Assembly: GCA_951406725.2 (NCBI GenBank)
Contig: OX597836.1
Location: 48,050,001-48,114,000 of the forward strand
From: Octopus vulgaris
Taxonomy: Eukaryota
Length of the DNA stretch: 64,000 nucleotides
Direction: 5' to 3'
The notes under the pieces are model-generated. The model saw only the letters and a list, made by a program, of their open reading frames with translations. It did not search any database and had not been told where the DNA came from. Made by a program: the position numbers and the translations under genes. How positions within the stretch are numbered: the stretch's first letter is position 1; each line of letters begins with the position of its first letter. Of this stretch, positions 54,017-64,000 are shown one piece after another.

Positions 54017-54881
54017 TAATAACAATGCATACAATAGACCAATAAATTGCACCAGGTTTTTGTTCAGTGTCAATATCTCTGGTGATAGTTCTTCATTTCC
54101 TTAAGCATTTATTGTTAAACAAACAATTCTTATCCTAAATATTGATATGCTAACTTTTGTTTTTCTACGTATGTACCTGTGGTGTGTGTCACACTTGCTT
54201 CAAAGAAGGGGTAAAAAGGTTGAAGGGAGTGGTACACAGAAAAGAGAAAAGGAATTAAGCAGAGGAGGTATAGTTGAAGTGAGTGGCAAAGTGGGAGAGA
54301 GGAGAGACAGAGAGTGGTGACTGAAAGGAAGGTGGCATTTTTTTGTTTCTAAATGTTTATCACTGTATTCAGAGTGGACTGATAAATACATCGAAGCGAA
54401 AATAGATACATGGACACATTGGTAAATCAAAGAGAAATAACTACAGCAGATATTGGATGTCACTTTCAATTTTCATTACTACACGAGGACAACATTAACT
54501 CACAAGTGGTTGAGTACTCCACGGACATGCATACCATAAACGACAGACAAGATTGTTCTGCAAACTCTTTCTGAACAACCTGTGCAGATGATTTGTTTTG
54601 AAAAGAAAACCAAACTTGGCTCTGAGCCAAGATATTTCTGCTCCAAACATATTTCCAGATATATATCTGAATTGGTGTTTCAAACCTTTTGTCATCTTAA
54701 GCCATCATCATTCTCAGTTTTTTTTAATATACAATGATATTTTTATTATCTGTATTTATTGAAAATAATCTGTGAAATCCTAGTTTTTTTTCATTATTTA
54801 TTTTATCTTTTGATATTGAATATTTCAGAAGTGCCATCCATAATATTGAATTGTAACTATTACCTAATTTCTATCACATAG

Positions 54882-55574
54882 GTCACCCATGTGGGGCAGT
54901 GGCAGCAGGCAAGTGGTGCCCTCTATGTCATCTATGGATTATGGTGGACAGCCGAGCTCCAGTTACAAAGCATCAGGACAGCCATTTGGTCATTCATCTC
55001 AGCACACTTCTCTTTCTAGCTATCATGATAACCCATTACCTCCTTCGTTCAACAGTAGGAAAATGTCTCCAGGGGTTTCAGGTTACTCCCAAGGATCTTA
55101 TCAGTCATCACATGCTTTAATTCCTGAAGATAGCTACAGCCGTGTGGCTCTTGGTAGGGCCTACCTACAGAACCAGAGACGGTGCAGTCTGACTGAACGC
55201 TTTAAAATGCTTGAACCAGATACTCCTTTCCGTTTTGATGAAAATATTACAATTGGGATTCATCGAAATTCACATGTAGCATCTGGATCTCCTCCTCAGC
55301 CTGTCCGGCGGGAGTTTAATCCCTATGATTTTGTGATGATCCGTCAGAAGAATGAAGGAACAAGGCCTATATTTGATCGAGAGGAACTCCGCCAGTATGA
55401 TCTTATTGATGCAGGAGAAGAAGAACTTGACTACAAAGAACTTCGAGTTGTGACAGTAGATTCTCATGAAAGAAATAATTACCGTGAAATGAATGATGAT
55501 GGCCCCTATAGCTCTGGCTATAGGTCACCACCCTATTCTCACTCATGGAATGATGACCAATATTACTATGACAG
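54882..55574 (+). CDS. RS-rich BCLAF1/THRAP3-like protein, coding exon 3
   Basis: Acceptor catag|, donor ag|gtcagt, 693 nt open, phase 2-2; contains SLTERF (compare THRAP3/BCLAF1 TLHERF) and EGTRPIFDREEL. Confidence 0.88.
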
Positions 55575-55754
55575 GTCAGTAAACATTTTCTTATAACAGA
55601 TCATGTAACAGTTGTACTGTGACAGATCAGTAAATAAGGTTGTATTACAACTGCATTTGCCTCCCAATAAATAAGTTGTTAATGTCACGTAATGCATGTG
55701 TGCTATTAAACACCTTTTAGGTTGTGGTATTTCATCCAGTGAAGGTCCCTTTAA

Positions 55755-55975
55755 CCCTTTCCTTACTGTATTTATTTTGAGATGCCCTGTGTTTCTTTCA
55801 ATAAATTTTAAATCTAACAAAGGATTTAGTAAAATAACTTAGTTATCATTCAGATAGTGTTAGGAACATAAATTGTGACTAAGGTTTGGTGGAAAAGTTT
55901 AATTTAAAACTTATGAAAACAAGACATTTGTACTCAGAGCCAGAGCCGGTTTCAGCCGGGTTGGTAACAAAAGGG
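55755..55975. mobile_element. piggyBac-type MITE
   Basis: TTAA-cccttt ... aaaggg-TTAA. Confidence 0.8.
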
Positions 55976-56004
55976 TTAAAGACTTACAGGGCTTAAAAAA
56001 TTGC

Positions 56005-56420
56005 AGAATACCTCAAAGGCAGGTGAAACAAATTGCCCTGGAGGTGAACAAGAACAACAGACATTGATATTTTGCAGTTATTTCTGCTCATCAATTCCAT
56101 ATATTCAATTCATTTCCAAATTCGAATTGCTGGTCTGTAGTATAAACAGATATACAGGGAGTGTAAAATATATCTGCTGATCTTCAAAAGTGATATGCAA
56201 ATAAAACAAAATTGCAGATTTTGTGTTAAATAGCAGTTCTTTAATGTAAACATTCTCCATGTTACTTATTTAATGTATGAGTGTTGTTAAATGCTTTGAA
56301 ACTTGAGACCAGCAATTCAATTTTGCTTTGGTAGTGAATCGAGTACATGGCACCGATGAGCAGAAATAACAGTGAAATATCAATATCTGTCATACGTTTC
56401 CTCTGGTTTTTGAGGTACAT
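56005..56420. repeat. Imperfect foldback element
   Basis: Nested complementary blocks tacctcaaa/tttgaggta, tatttctgctcatc/gatgagcagaaata and gaattgctggtct/agaccagcaattc. Confidence 0.7.
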
Positions 56421-56558
56421 TGTGTTTTTTTAACACTCTCCCTCTTTAAAGTGACCTTACCTGGACGAAATACCACAGTCTAAAAGTCCATTGATATTAG
56501 AAATAATGCATTTCTAAATGTCTCAGATTTATGCAGTAGCAGCACGAATAAAGTGGTG

Positions 56559-56766
56559 GTATGTTGTCAACTTAATGTGACGGTCCCATGAAAGGGAAGA
56601 ACACTAGTGGATGCTGGCTTTGCTGGGTGGGGGTGCTTGTCTCCACTTTGAAAACATAAGGATACAGGAAATGTGTCCAGTCCAACAGGATACTTTGTTT
56701 CCTAGGGCTAAATAACAGTAGCATTCTTCCCTTTCATGGGACTGTCACATTCAGTTGACAACATAC
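56559..56766. mobile_element. MITE-like element with inverted arms of about 45 bp
   Basis: gtatgttgtcaacttaatgtgacggtcccatgaaagggaagaa / ttcttccctttcatgggactgtcacattcagttgacaacatac. Confidence 0.8.
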
Positions 56767-56855
56767 TATTTCATTGATATTGTTTACATTATTGACCTGC
56801 TCCTAACAGATTTTCAATAAATAAATGTTTCTCTTGTGTAAATTATTCACACAAT

Positions 56856-57345
56856 AGGCATAGGCCATGTTGTGTGGTTAAGAAGATCACTTCACAACCA
56901 TATAGTTTCAGGTTCAGTCCCACTGCATGGCACTTTGGGCAAGGATCTACTACTATAGCCCTGGGTCAGCTGTGTGTGTGTGTGTTTACATCTATGATTG
57001 CTTGTGCAGAAGTTGTGCCTGGTGCACTCACTCTGTGCTTTTCAAAGTCGTATAGCATTAGAGATCCCTTACTTGTAAAACAGGCAAGGATAAAACAATT
57101 TATTTGTCTTACCAAAACAAGCAAGGGGAGCAGGTGTGTGTGTGTGTGTGGGCACGTATTGTGTTTGCCCTTTATTGCTTGAAAGTCGGTGTCAGTTTGT
57201 TTACATCCCTGTAACTTAGTTATTTGGCAAAAGGAGCCCAATGGAACAAGTAGCACACTTCAAAAAGAAAAAAAACATAGCTGTCGATTTGTTCCTGCAA
57301 GATGGTGCTCCAGCATGACTTCAGTCCTGTGACTGAAACACATGA
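56856..57345 (+). mobile_element. SINE family A, diverged, with internal insertion
   Basis: Head at 56856-56966, tail at 57140-57345, unrelated sequence between (TG)n tracts. Confidence 0.7.
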
Positions 57346-57519
57346 ATGAATAAAAGAATTGTAACCGTATTTTATTGCTCTGATCAAATATTTATTTGTA
57401 TTCATAGAAATTAAAATTAAGTTTTGAGAAAAATAAAATAGTTTTGCTGAAGCTAAAAGCCATTGCAAACCCAAGATTTAATGAAGTTACTTGATGGATT
57501 TGATGGAAATCTTTTATAG

Positions 57520-57600
57520 AAATCCTAAAGAAGGATATGAAGGCTCTCGGTCATTATCTAATCAAAGAAGTAGCCATGATCGCTGGATGGGAGAAAGCAG
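57520..57600 (+). CDS. RS-rich BCLAF1/THRAP3-like protein, coding exon 4
   Basis: Acceptor cttttatag|, donor ag|gtaagt, 81 nt, phase 2-2, open frame NPKEGYEGSRSLSNQRSSHDRWMGES. Confidence 0.75.
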
Positions 57601-60231
57601 GTAAGTGTTGTTTTGATAATTTGTGCTCATTCCGTGGTAATTGCTATTTTATTTTCATTTGGTTCGCTCTAATAGAAATCAGTTCGTTTACTGGGCTGAT
57701 GATAATCCCAGTTCTCGTTATCAGCAATGGCTTAATTTCCTAAATGCTTTAATCTGACAAAATTTCATTCTGAACTTATATTTTGCTGTATCTATTAATG
57801 AATTTCTCATGCCACAGCTACCAATTATTTTGTTACCCAGTGACTTAGCAACATTTCCCTCTCTGTGTATGTGATGGAAACTAGATTTGTTCATATCGTT
57901 CTTTGAGGACGTTCATGTCTTTTATTCATGTAAGTGGTCGTGCCCTGGTAGAACATTACTATTACCTACAAAGTCTAATTAGAGTTAAATAATGACCTTG
58001 ATGCAATTAATTATGATTATTGCCAGGAATGTGGTACAACTAAAAAGTAAAAAAAAAACCAAAAAAAGACAGTCTTTTGGTGATCCAAACCGTTTTAATG
58101 AATTGCAACATTGGCACCATGATGCCATAGATTTGTCTGGTGAACTGGATCAATACCTGGGTATTGATACCTCTCTAATCAATACCAGAAGGATGGAAGA
58201 TAAAGTTGACTTTGGCAAGATTTGAACTCATTCATATTCGGAAATGATTGCAGCATGGGAAACAGTGCTCTGAAATGATATGCAATTTATGATTAGAAAT
58301 CATGAAATATTTAAAACTGTGAAATCTGCAAAATCTACAATGATTAAATATACGAGAAATGAAAAAAATATTTAAAATTTTTTTTATTAAGTCTATAGAA
58401 AAAAAAGAAAGGAAAATGAACCAACAAAAGAGCCTCTAAGTGGTCGTTCAAATCTGCTAGAAATAATTCCCAACCTTCTTTGAAAGTGAGAAGGGAACAT
58501 TGTATAATGAATTCCAAGAAACACAATGGCTAAAGACAATAAAGCTGGGGTACTCCTAGAGCTACTTGATCTAGGGCAGAAATTTTACAGAATGGAGGTT
58601 ATTGTTGTGGTAAATTCGAAATTATAAAAATTATTGACTGTATTTTACCCCAATTTTAATGATTGTTTGCACTGTTTGTCTTTGAAAACAAAGAGTTTGG
58701 CATCAGCAAAGAAATATTGAAAATTTTCATGCATTAAGAGAAGAAGATGTTTTCTTGCCATAACTGATTAACAACTCCTATTGTTTATCAGTGAAAATAT
58801 TTTATATTGGGGAAATATTTCTTCCATCTTGTTACCTATTTGAAGCAATCAGATTATGTTTTCTTCTAAACGAGATAAAAAGAACAATTTATAAAAGAAA
58901 AAAACTTCATAATGTAATAATACATTATTTCTTTTTTTTAATTTATGGCTCAACAACTGTTTGGAGCTGCTTTTTTTTTTTTTTTTTTTTGGAGTTTGTG
59001 TCTGTCTCAATGAAAAGAAGACTATTTCCGTTTCATACTGCACTGGTGCACTTTGATTGCTATTGCAGTAATCTTTGAATTAATAATGAAAACAAGTCCA
59101 GAAGTATTTCAACGGAAAAGATCAGAATTTTTGTCTTTTAACATTTTTTTGGGTGATAGATTTGAAGAATTGCTAACTGGACCCAACGGACAAATCTGCT
59201 GATTGGGTCCCCCCTTTTTTTTTTTTTTTACCTTCTTCTTATTGTAACAAACCTGACAGAAAGACTCTTCTATCTTATGAATTCTGTTGCTGCCATTAAA
59301 CAACACTGAAACATTTCTCTAACTCACTGATTTGTGCTAACTTTGGACAAGAAGATTATTATGGCTAGATTGCTACAAATTACTTCACAGAACCTTATCA
59401 GGACATTTAATTGTCTAAATGTTACAGACTGCAGGAGAATGACAAATCATCATTTTGTTGCACCACTGAACCAAATCTTTTATCTCCTGACTTCAGTCTT
59501 AATCATCTTACTGGGTTGTTTTACAAATTGAAAATCAAATAAATCTGAGAATTTATTCTTACACGCACGCGCACACACACCACACACACACACACTCATA
59601 TATATATCCTTAATCTAAATATTTTTAATTAATACATGTATTACAGTAATTTAAATATTATTCGTTAAATAGACTGGTAGCAGTGCTCTTCCTTCAGAAA
59701 ATTCCAGAAAGTTGATACTTTCAGAAGGAAGAATTGAACAAAGTGGCGAGGAGAGGTTAAAGTATGGTTGCTGGGAGCGTGCGGCCCTTGTGGAAATACT
59801 GAGGAAGGGATGCAATCAGAGTATCAATGATTAGGCAGAGTGAAGAATGAGTCTTTGCAAATCTGGTAGACGACCTTCTTTTGGATGTGAAGAAGTCCTT
59901 CTAGTGTAGGTTTTATTTCATCTTGTAGAGGGTCAGGGCCAAAGCATTTTCTGTAGCTTAAGAAAATATAGTTTTTGTCATATTATGTGAGATGACCCCC
60001 CCAAAAAAAAACCGTAGAGGAAGTTATAATATTGGAAGATTGGTGTTTTTTTTGTTTTTGGTTGGCACCTGTTTTCCTGTTTTGCACATCTGCTTCTTTA
60101 CGTCTGCACCCACGTCTACGGTTTTGGTTGCTTGACCCATTCTATATTGCATCCAAGTCTCCTCAGACAAGTCAGCATTTATTTGTTTCGTTGTCTGGTT
60201 AGTTGAAGGGATATCGTTAAAGAAATAAATA

Positions 60232-60609
60232 TAGGCGCAGGAGTGGCTGTGTGGTAAGTAGCTTGCTAACCAACCACATGGTTCCGGGTTCAGTCTCACT
60301 GCGGGGCACCTTGGGCAAGTGTTTTCTGCTATAGCCCCGGGCCGACCAATGCCTTGTGAGTGGATTTGGTAGGCGGAAACTGAAAGAAGCCTGTCGTATA
60401 TATATATGTGTGTGTGTGTGTCTGTGTTTGTCTCCCTAGCATTGGTGTGTTTATGTCCCCGTTACTTAGCGGTTCGGCAAAAGAGACCGATAGAATAAGT
60501 ACTGGGCTTACAAAAAGAATAAGTCCCAGGGTCGAGTTGCTCGATTAAAGGCGGTGCTCCAGCATGGCCGCAGTCAAATGACTGAAACAAGTAAAAGAGA
60601 GAAAAGAGT
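60232..60609 (+). mobile_element. SINE family A, young copy
   Basis: Near-identical to 22733-23133. Confidence 0.92.
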
Positions 60610-62196
60610 ATATCTGCGTGAATGACACCAAAAAGCGGGATTGTAATGAGGAGAGGGGGGGAAGGTACAAACCCAAACAGAAATATTTTTTTAGAAATTA
60701 ACAGTGAAAATTTTCCTGGAATTGGTACACCATAGATTACTATGATGGCACCACTTTTAATATAGACAGAATCTCTTTATAACTAAACTAAATATTTACA
60801 ATTAGAAACTAACCAAACACCAGAAAGTCTTTTAATGTAGCTTTGATTCTCTTTAAGAAATTACATCTACTCAGTGTGCATACTTAATCATATGTCTAAA
60901 ATACAAACAAACATAAAAATATTATCAACTAAATAATATATTACACAAAGAGTTTGGAAAAGCAACCCTCCTGAATTCTTGCTGGTTAAATCAAATTTTG
61001 AGACAGGTTTCTTTGATTTGATTGTTTAAACTTGTTTCTTAAATTTCTAAGTTGGGACTGGATATATATATGTGTATGTGTGTGTATATATAAGGGGGGA
61101 AAAGGAAACAGTTACAAAATATTTGCCATTGAAACCTTGCACAAGATATCAAAAACCAACAAATGAACAATATCTTTTTGTGACTTACAGAAAATAATGG
61201 TTCTTTACAGCATAAAAAAGTTATTCTAATGTTTGAACTGTTTACAATTAAGAGGAATTGGTTGTTGCTTAACTTGTAGTTTATCAAATCTGTTTGGTAA
61301 AAAATATCGATAACATTTCACTATTTGGATGAGGAAGATGAAATGGTTTTATTTGTCTGAAAATGTAGTTTGTCAAAACATTGACTGCCATTAACGAACT
61401 GCTTTTCATGGAAAAACAAGTCAGAAACATTTAACAAAGTACAAATTACCAATTCCATAAATTCTTTGTGCCCTGTTAAAAGGAATTTCCCTGTGAAATG
61501 TTTCTATATCATCAAAAAAATTAACCCATCCACACAGACACACAATTGCAAAGGAAAAATATAAACCAGAACTTTTGAGAATTCATTTTTAAAAAATACA
61601 ATTCTCTTTAAACTTCATTCAATGATAAATATTTGAAAAATTGTATTTAAATTTTAATAAACATGAGAAGCTGTTTCAACATTTACCACTTACGAAAGAA
61701 AGACAAAAATTCATGGATGATTTTAAGAGTTTCGAAAGATACCAAAAGAAAGAAAGAAAGAAAATACTGCAGCAAAATGAGACATTGAGAAATAGTGTTT
61801 CTTTGGAAGAACATTAAAAGAAATTTTATAAATTGGTTGAAGACCACATTCATTAGTTCCAAGAATTCAATCAATTGATGAAATACTTGCATGTTAACAT
61901 AAAAGTGTCAAACAAGCAGTTGGCTAGAATTCAATACAAATGAAAAGTCCTCAAGAATTCAATATTGTTAACATATCTTCCAAATCCAGTTGATTAGCTT
62001 CTATTTCTACATCATAAATAAACGTGGATGAAGGGAAAATGTTATTCATTGAAGCAGTATTCTTGCTGCAGTGTTTTACTGATGATGTATGTTACTGTGT
62101 AAGCACCATTCCAAACTTGGCTCACATTCTGGATTGATTTTCTTGTTGATTTCTTAGTAAGCGTTAAGCCCTTATCCCATTTCTTATTTATCTAAG

Positions 62197-62361
62197 GATG
62201 AGGCGACTAAATAGTTCTCCACACTACTATGGTAGTGGAATGCCTGCATATCCTGAATCCAGCCGGGGTGAGTCAAGGGATTGGGAGCGGATGGAACGTG
62301 TGCAACATAATCCTGATGACCTGCGCCATAGTATTAGCGCCAGGCTTGCAGGATCTCCAAG
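62197..62361 (+). CDS. RS-rich BCLAF1/THRAP3-like protein, coding exon 5
   Basis: Acceptor ttatctaag|, donor ag|gtaagt, 165 nt, phase 2-2, open frame MRRLNSSPHYYG...NPDDLRHSISAR; DDLRHSI resembles the DLRHDI motif of BCLAF1/THRAP3. Confidence 0.78.
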
Positions 62362-64000
62362 GTAAGTACTTTCTTTTAAAATACCCTAACCCTAACGAAA
62401 TTGTAGTTATCAGTTCTTGACATTGCCACTTGGCTGCACAACTGGAGGGAAGGGACTATTAGGGTTGGAATCAACACCACCAGTTCTGAGTTGTAAATAG
62501 TAAATATTCTGTGAAACATTTGCTGCTGTCCAGTCTCTCAGCCTAAGCTAATTAATTAGTTTCTTGATTTCTAAACCCATCTGTGTTTAGAATTTAAATT
62601 ACATAAATATAACAATGTTGTGCATCTTTAAGTAAGATCCTTTGCATGGGTAGATATTGTTAAGTATTTCTGTAAAGACAAGTTATTTCATGAAGAGTTA
62701 AGAACCTAAATACCTTTAGAATGAATATTGTATATTCTTTATGAAGATTAGTTGCAGTATAATACTGATACACGATCCAGTATTTGATATTAAAGGTGTA
62801 TACAGGTGAGATTCGATGGATTGCCAAGTAATTGAAGAGATTCTTGATTCTGTCAATACTGCTTAGGAATGAGTTGTTTTCTGGTTCTCCAGGTGGACCC
62901 TAACAGACGGTCAGAGGTGCTCTGTTCTTTTGTTAATCTGAAGTGGACACGGCAATGACCATGCATGTTTGTTGGTCCTCTTGATCGTTAAGATCAGGAC
63001 ACACTGGGAATGGATTTCAAGAGGTGGACTCGCTTGAAGTCGGAATGATTGGACAAGGTGTTTGGTGGAGGATCTGATGGTGAGATAGTGCAAGAAGACA
63101 AAAGGGGTGATGGAACTCCCTACTTCAGATGAGCAGAAGAAACCACTGGAATGGCTGACGATGCAAAGAAAAGACACCATTGACATGGTTAATTGGAGTG
63201 ATTGCAGTTTGTTAAATAATGAGTGTTTTTTTTAATTAGCTGAGTGGCCAGTTTAGTCTGCATCTGCTGTATTATTCCAGATACAAACAAATGGATTACA
63301 AAGAAAGGAAAATTCTATTCTGTTGCCTATAGAAAGTCTCTGAAGATCAATGAAGGTTATAGTACACTGTGATGTGTTGGGCCAACAGTTTTATTGGTGT
63401 TTTATTGCCTATTAGCTGAAACCTACAATGCTGGGGAAATCCTTTCTTATTCCTTTGAAGTATTTACGCATATGTTGTTGATTGCTGGCCTGTCACATTC
63501 TTTGTAACGTCCACATCGTCTGCCCTGTTACCAATATTGTTTACTGTCTGCATCACCACATCTGACAAGAGAAGCCCTTTCAGAGTCGATGTCCATGTGA
63601 CTGAATCACTGAGATTTCATGACAGGTGGGATGACACCGATAAACAACAGGTGTGGCATTGCCTGCATAGGAAGAGGGACACTGTTTCACTTCAACAACA
63701 AATGAGGAATATTGCAAGAAATGTGGATTTCTTGGCAGCAAGGGCCCAGGCAAGAACTTCTTTCTGCATGTAAAACTCTATTTTTACAGCTGATAAATAC
63801 AAACCTATACACAAGCTTTTGGCAGAGGGCAACCCTTACTCTGGGACTCTGAAGAAGAACACTGGAACACAATAATAATTTATTCTATCATCATTATAAA
63901 TATTTAGGTTAATGTGCAGCATTACAAATTTGGAGCAGCATTTACATGACGAGCTTCTCCTTTCTTTGCTAGTGTTTTTTTTTTTGTAACACACACACAC

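Overview
AT-rich, repeat-dense eukaryotic DNA. The SINE families and microsatellite load point to an octopod cephalopod (Octopus-like); this is inferred from repeat recognition. One spliced + strand gene can be assembled from phase-compatible exons (41456-41502, 47289-47606, 54882-55574, 57520-57600, 62197-62361, probably continuing). It encodes an Arg/Ser-rich protein with BCLAF1/THRAP3-like motifs, and a divergent spliced transcript may start from the same promoter. The rest is transposon debris: at least three tRNA-derived SINE families, RTE, CR1-like and R2/Hero-like LINE remnants, mariner, Tc1, hAT, piggyBac and Tigger elements, Helitrons, and two Penelope-like GIY-YIG fragments. The most striking signal is a set of hammerhead-ribozyme (HHR) motifs in Penelope-style inverted arrangements. 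(i) A tRNA-headed, HHR-tailed SINE is integrated as a head-to-head dimer bounded by a 13-bp target-site duplication (4482-5859). (ii) A 1.5-kb palindrome carries an HHR with a very long stem II in each arm (6839-8349). (iii) A U3-A8 covariant HHR lies downstream of a GIY-YIG ORF (38874-38910). Most long ORFs in the supplied track are microsatellite artefacts. Repeat boundaries were read by eye and are approximate unless termini are quoted.
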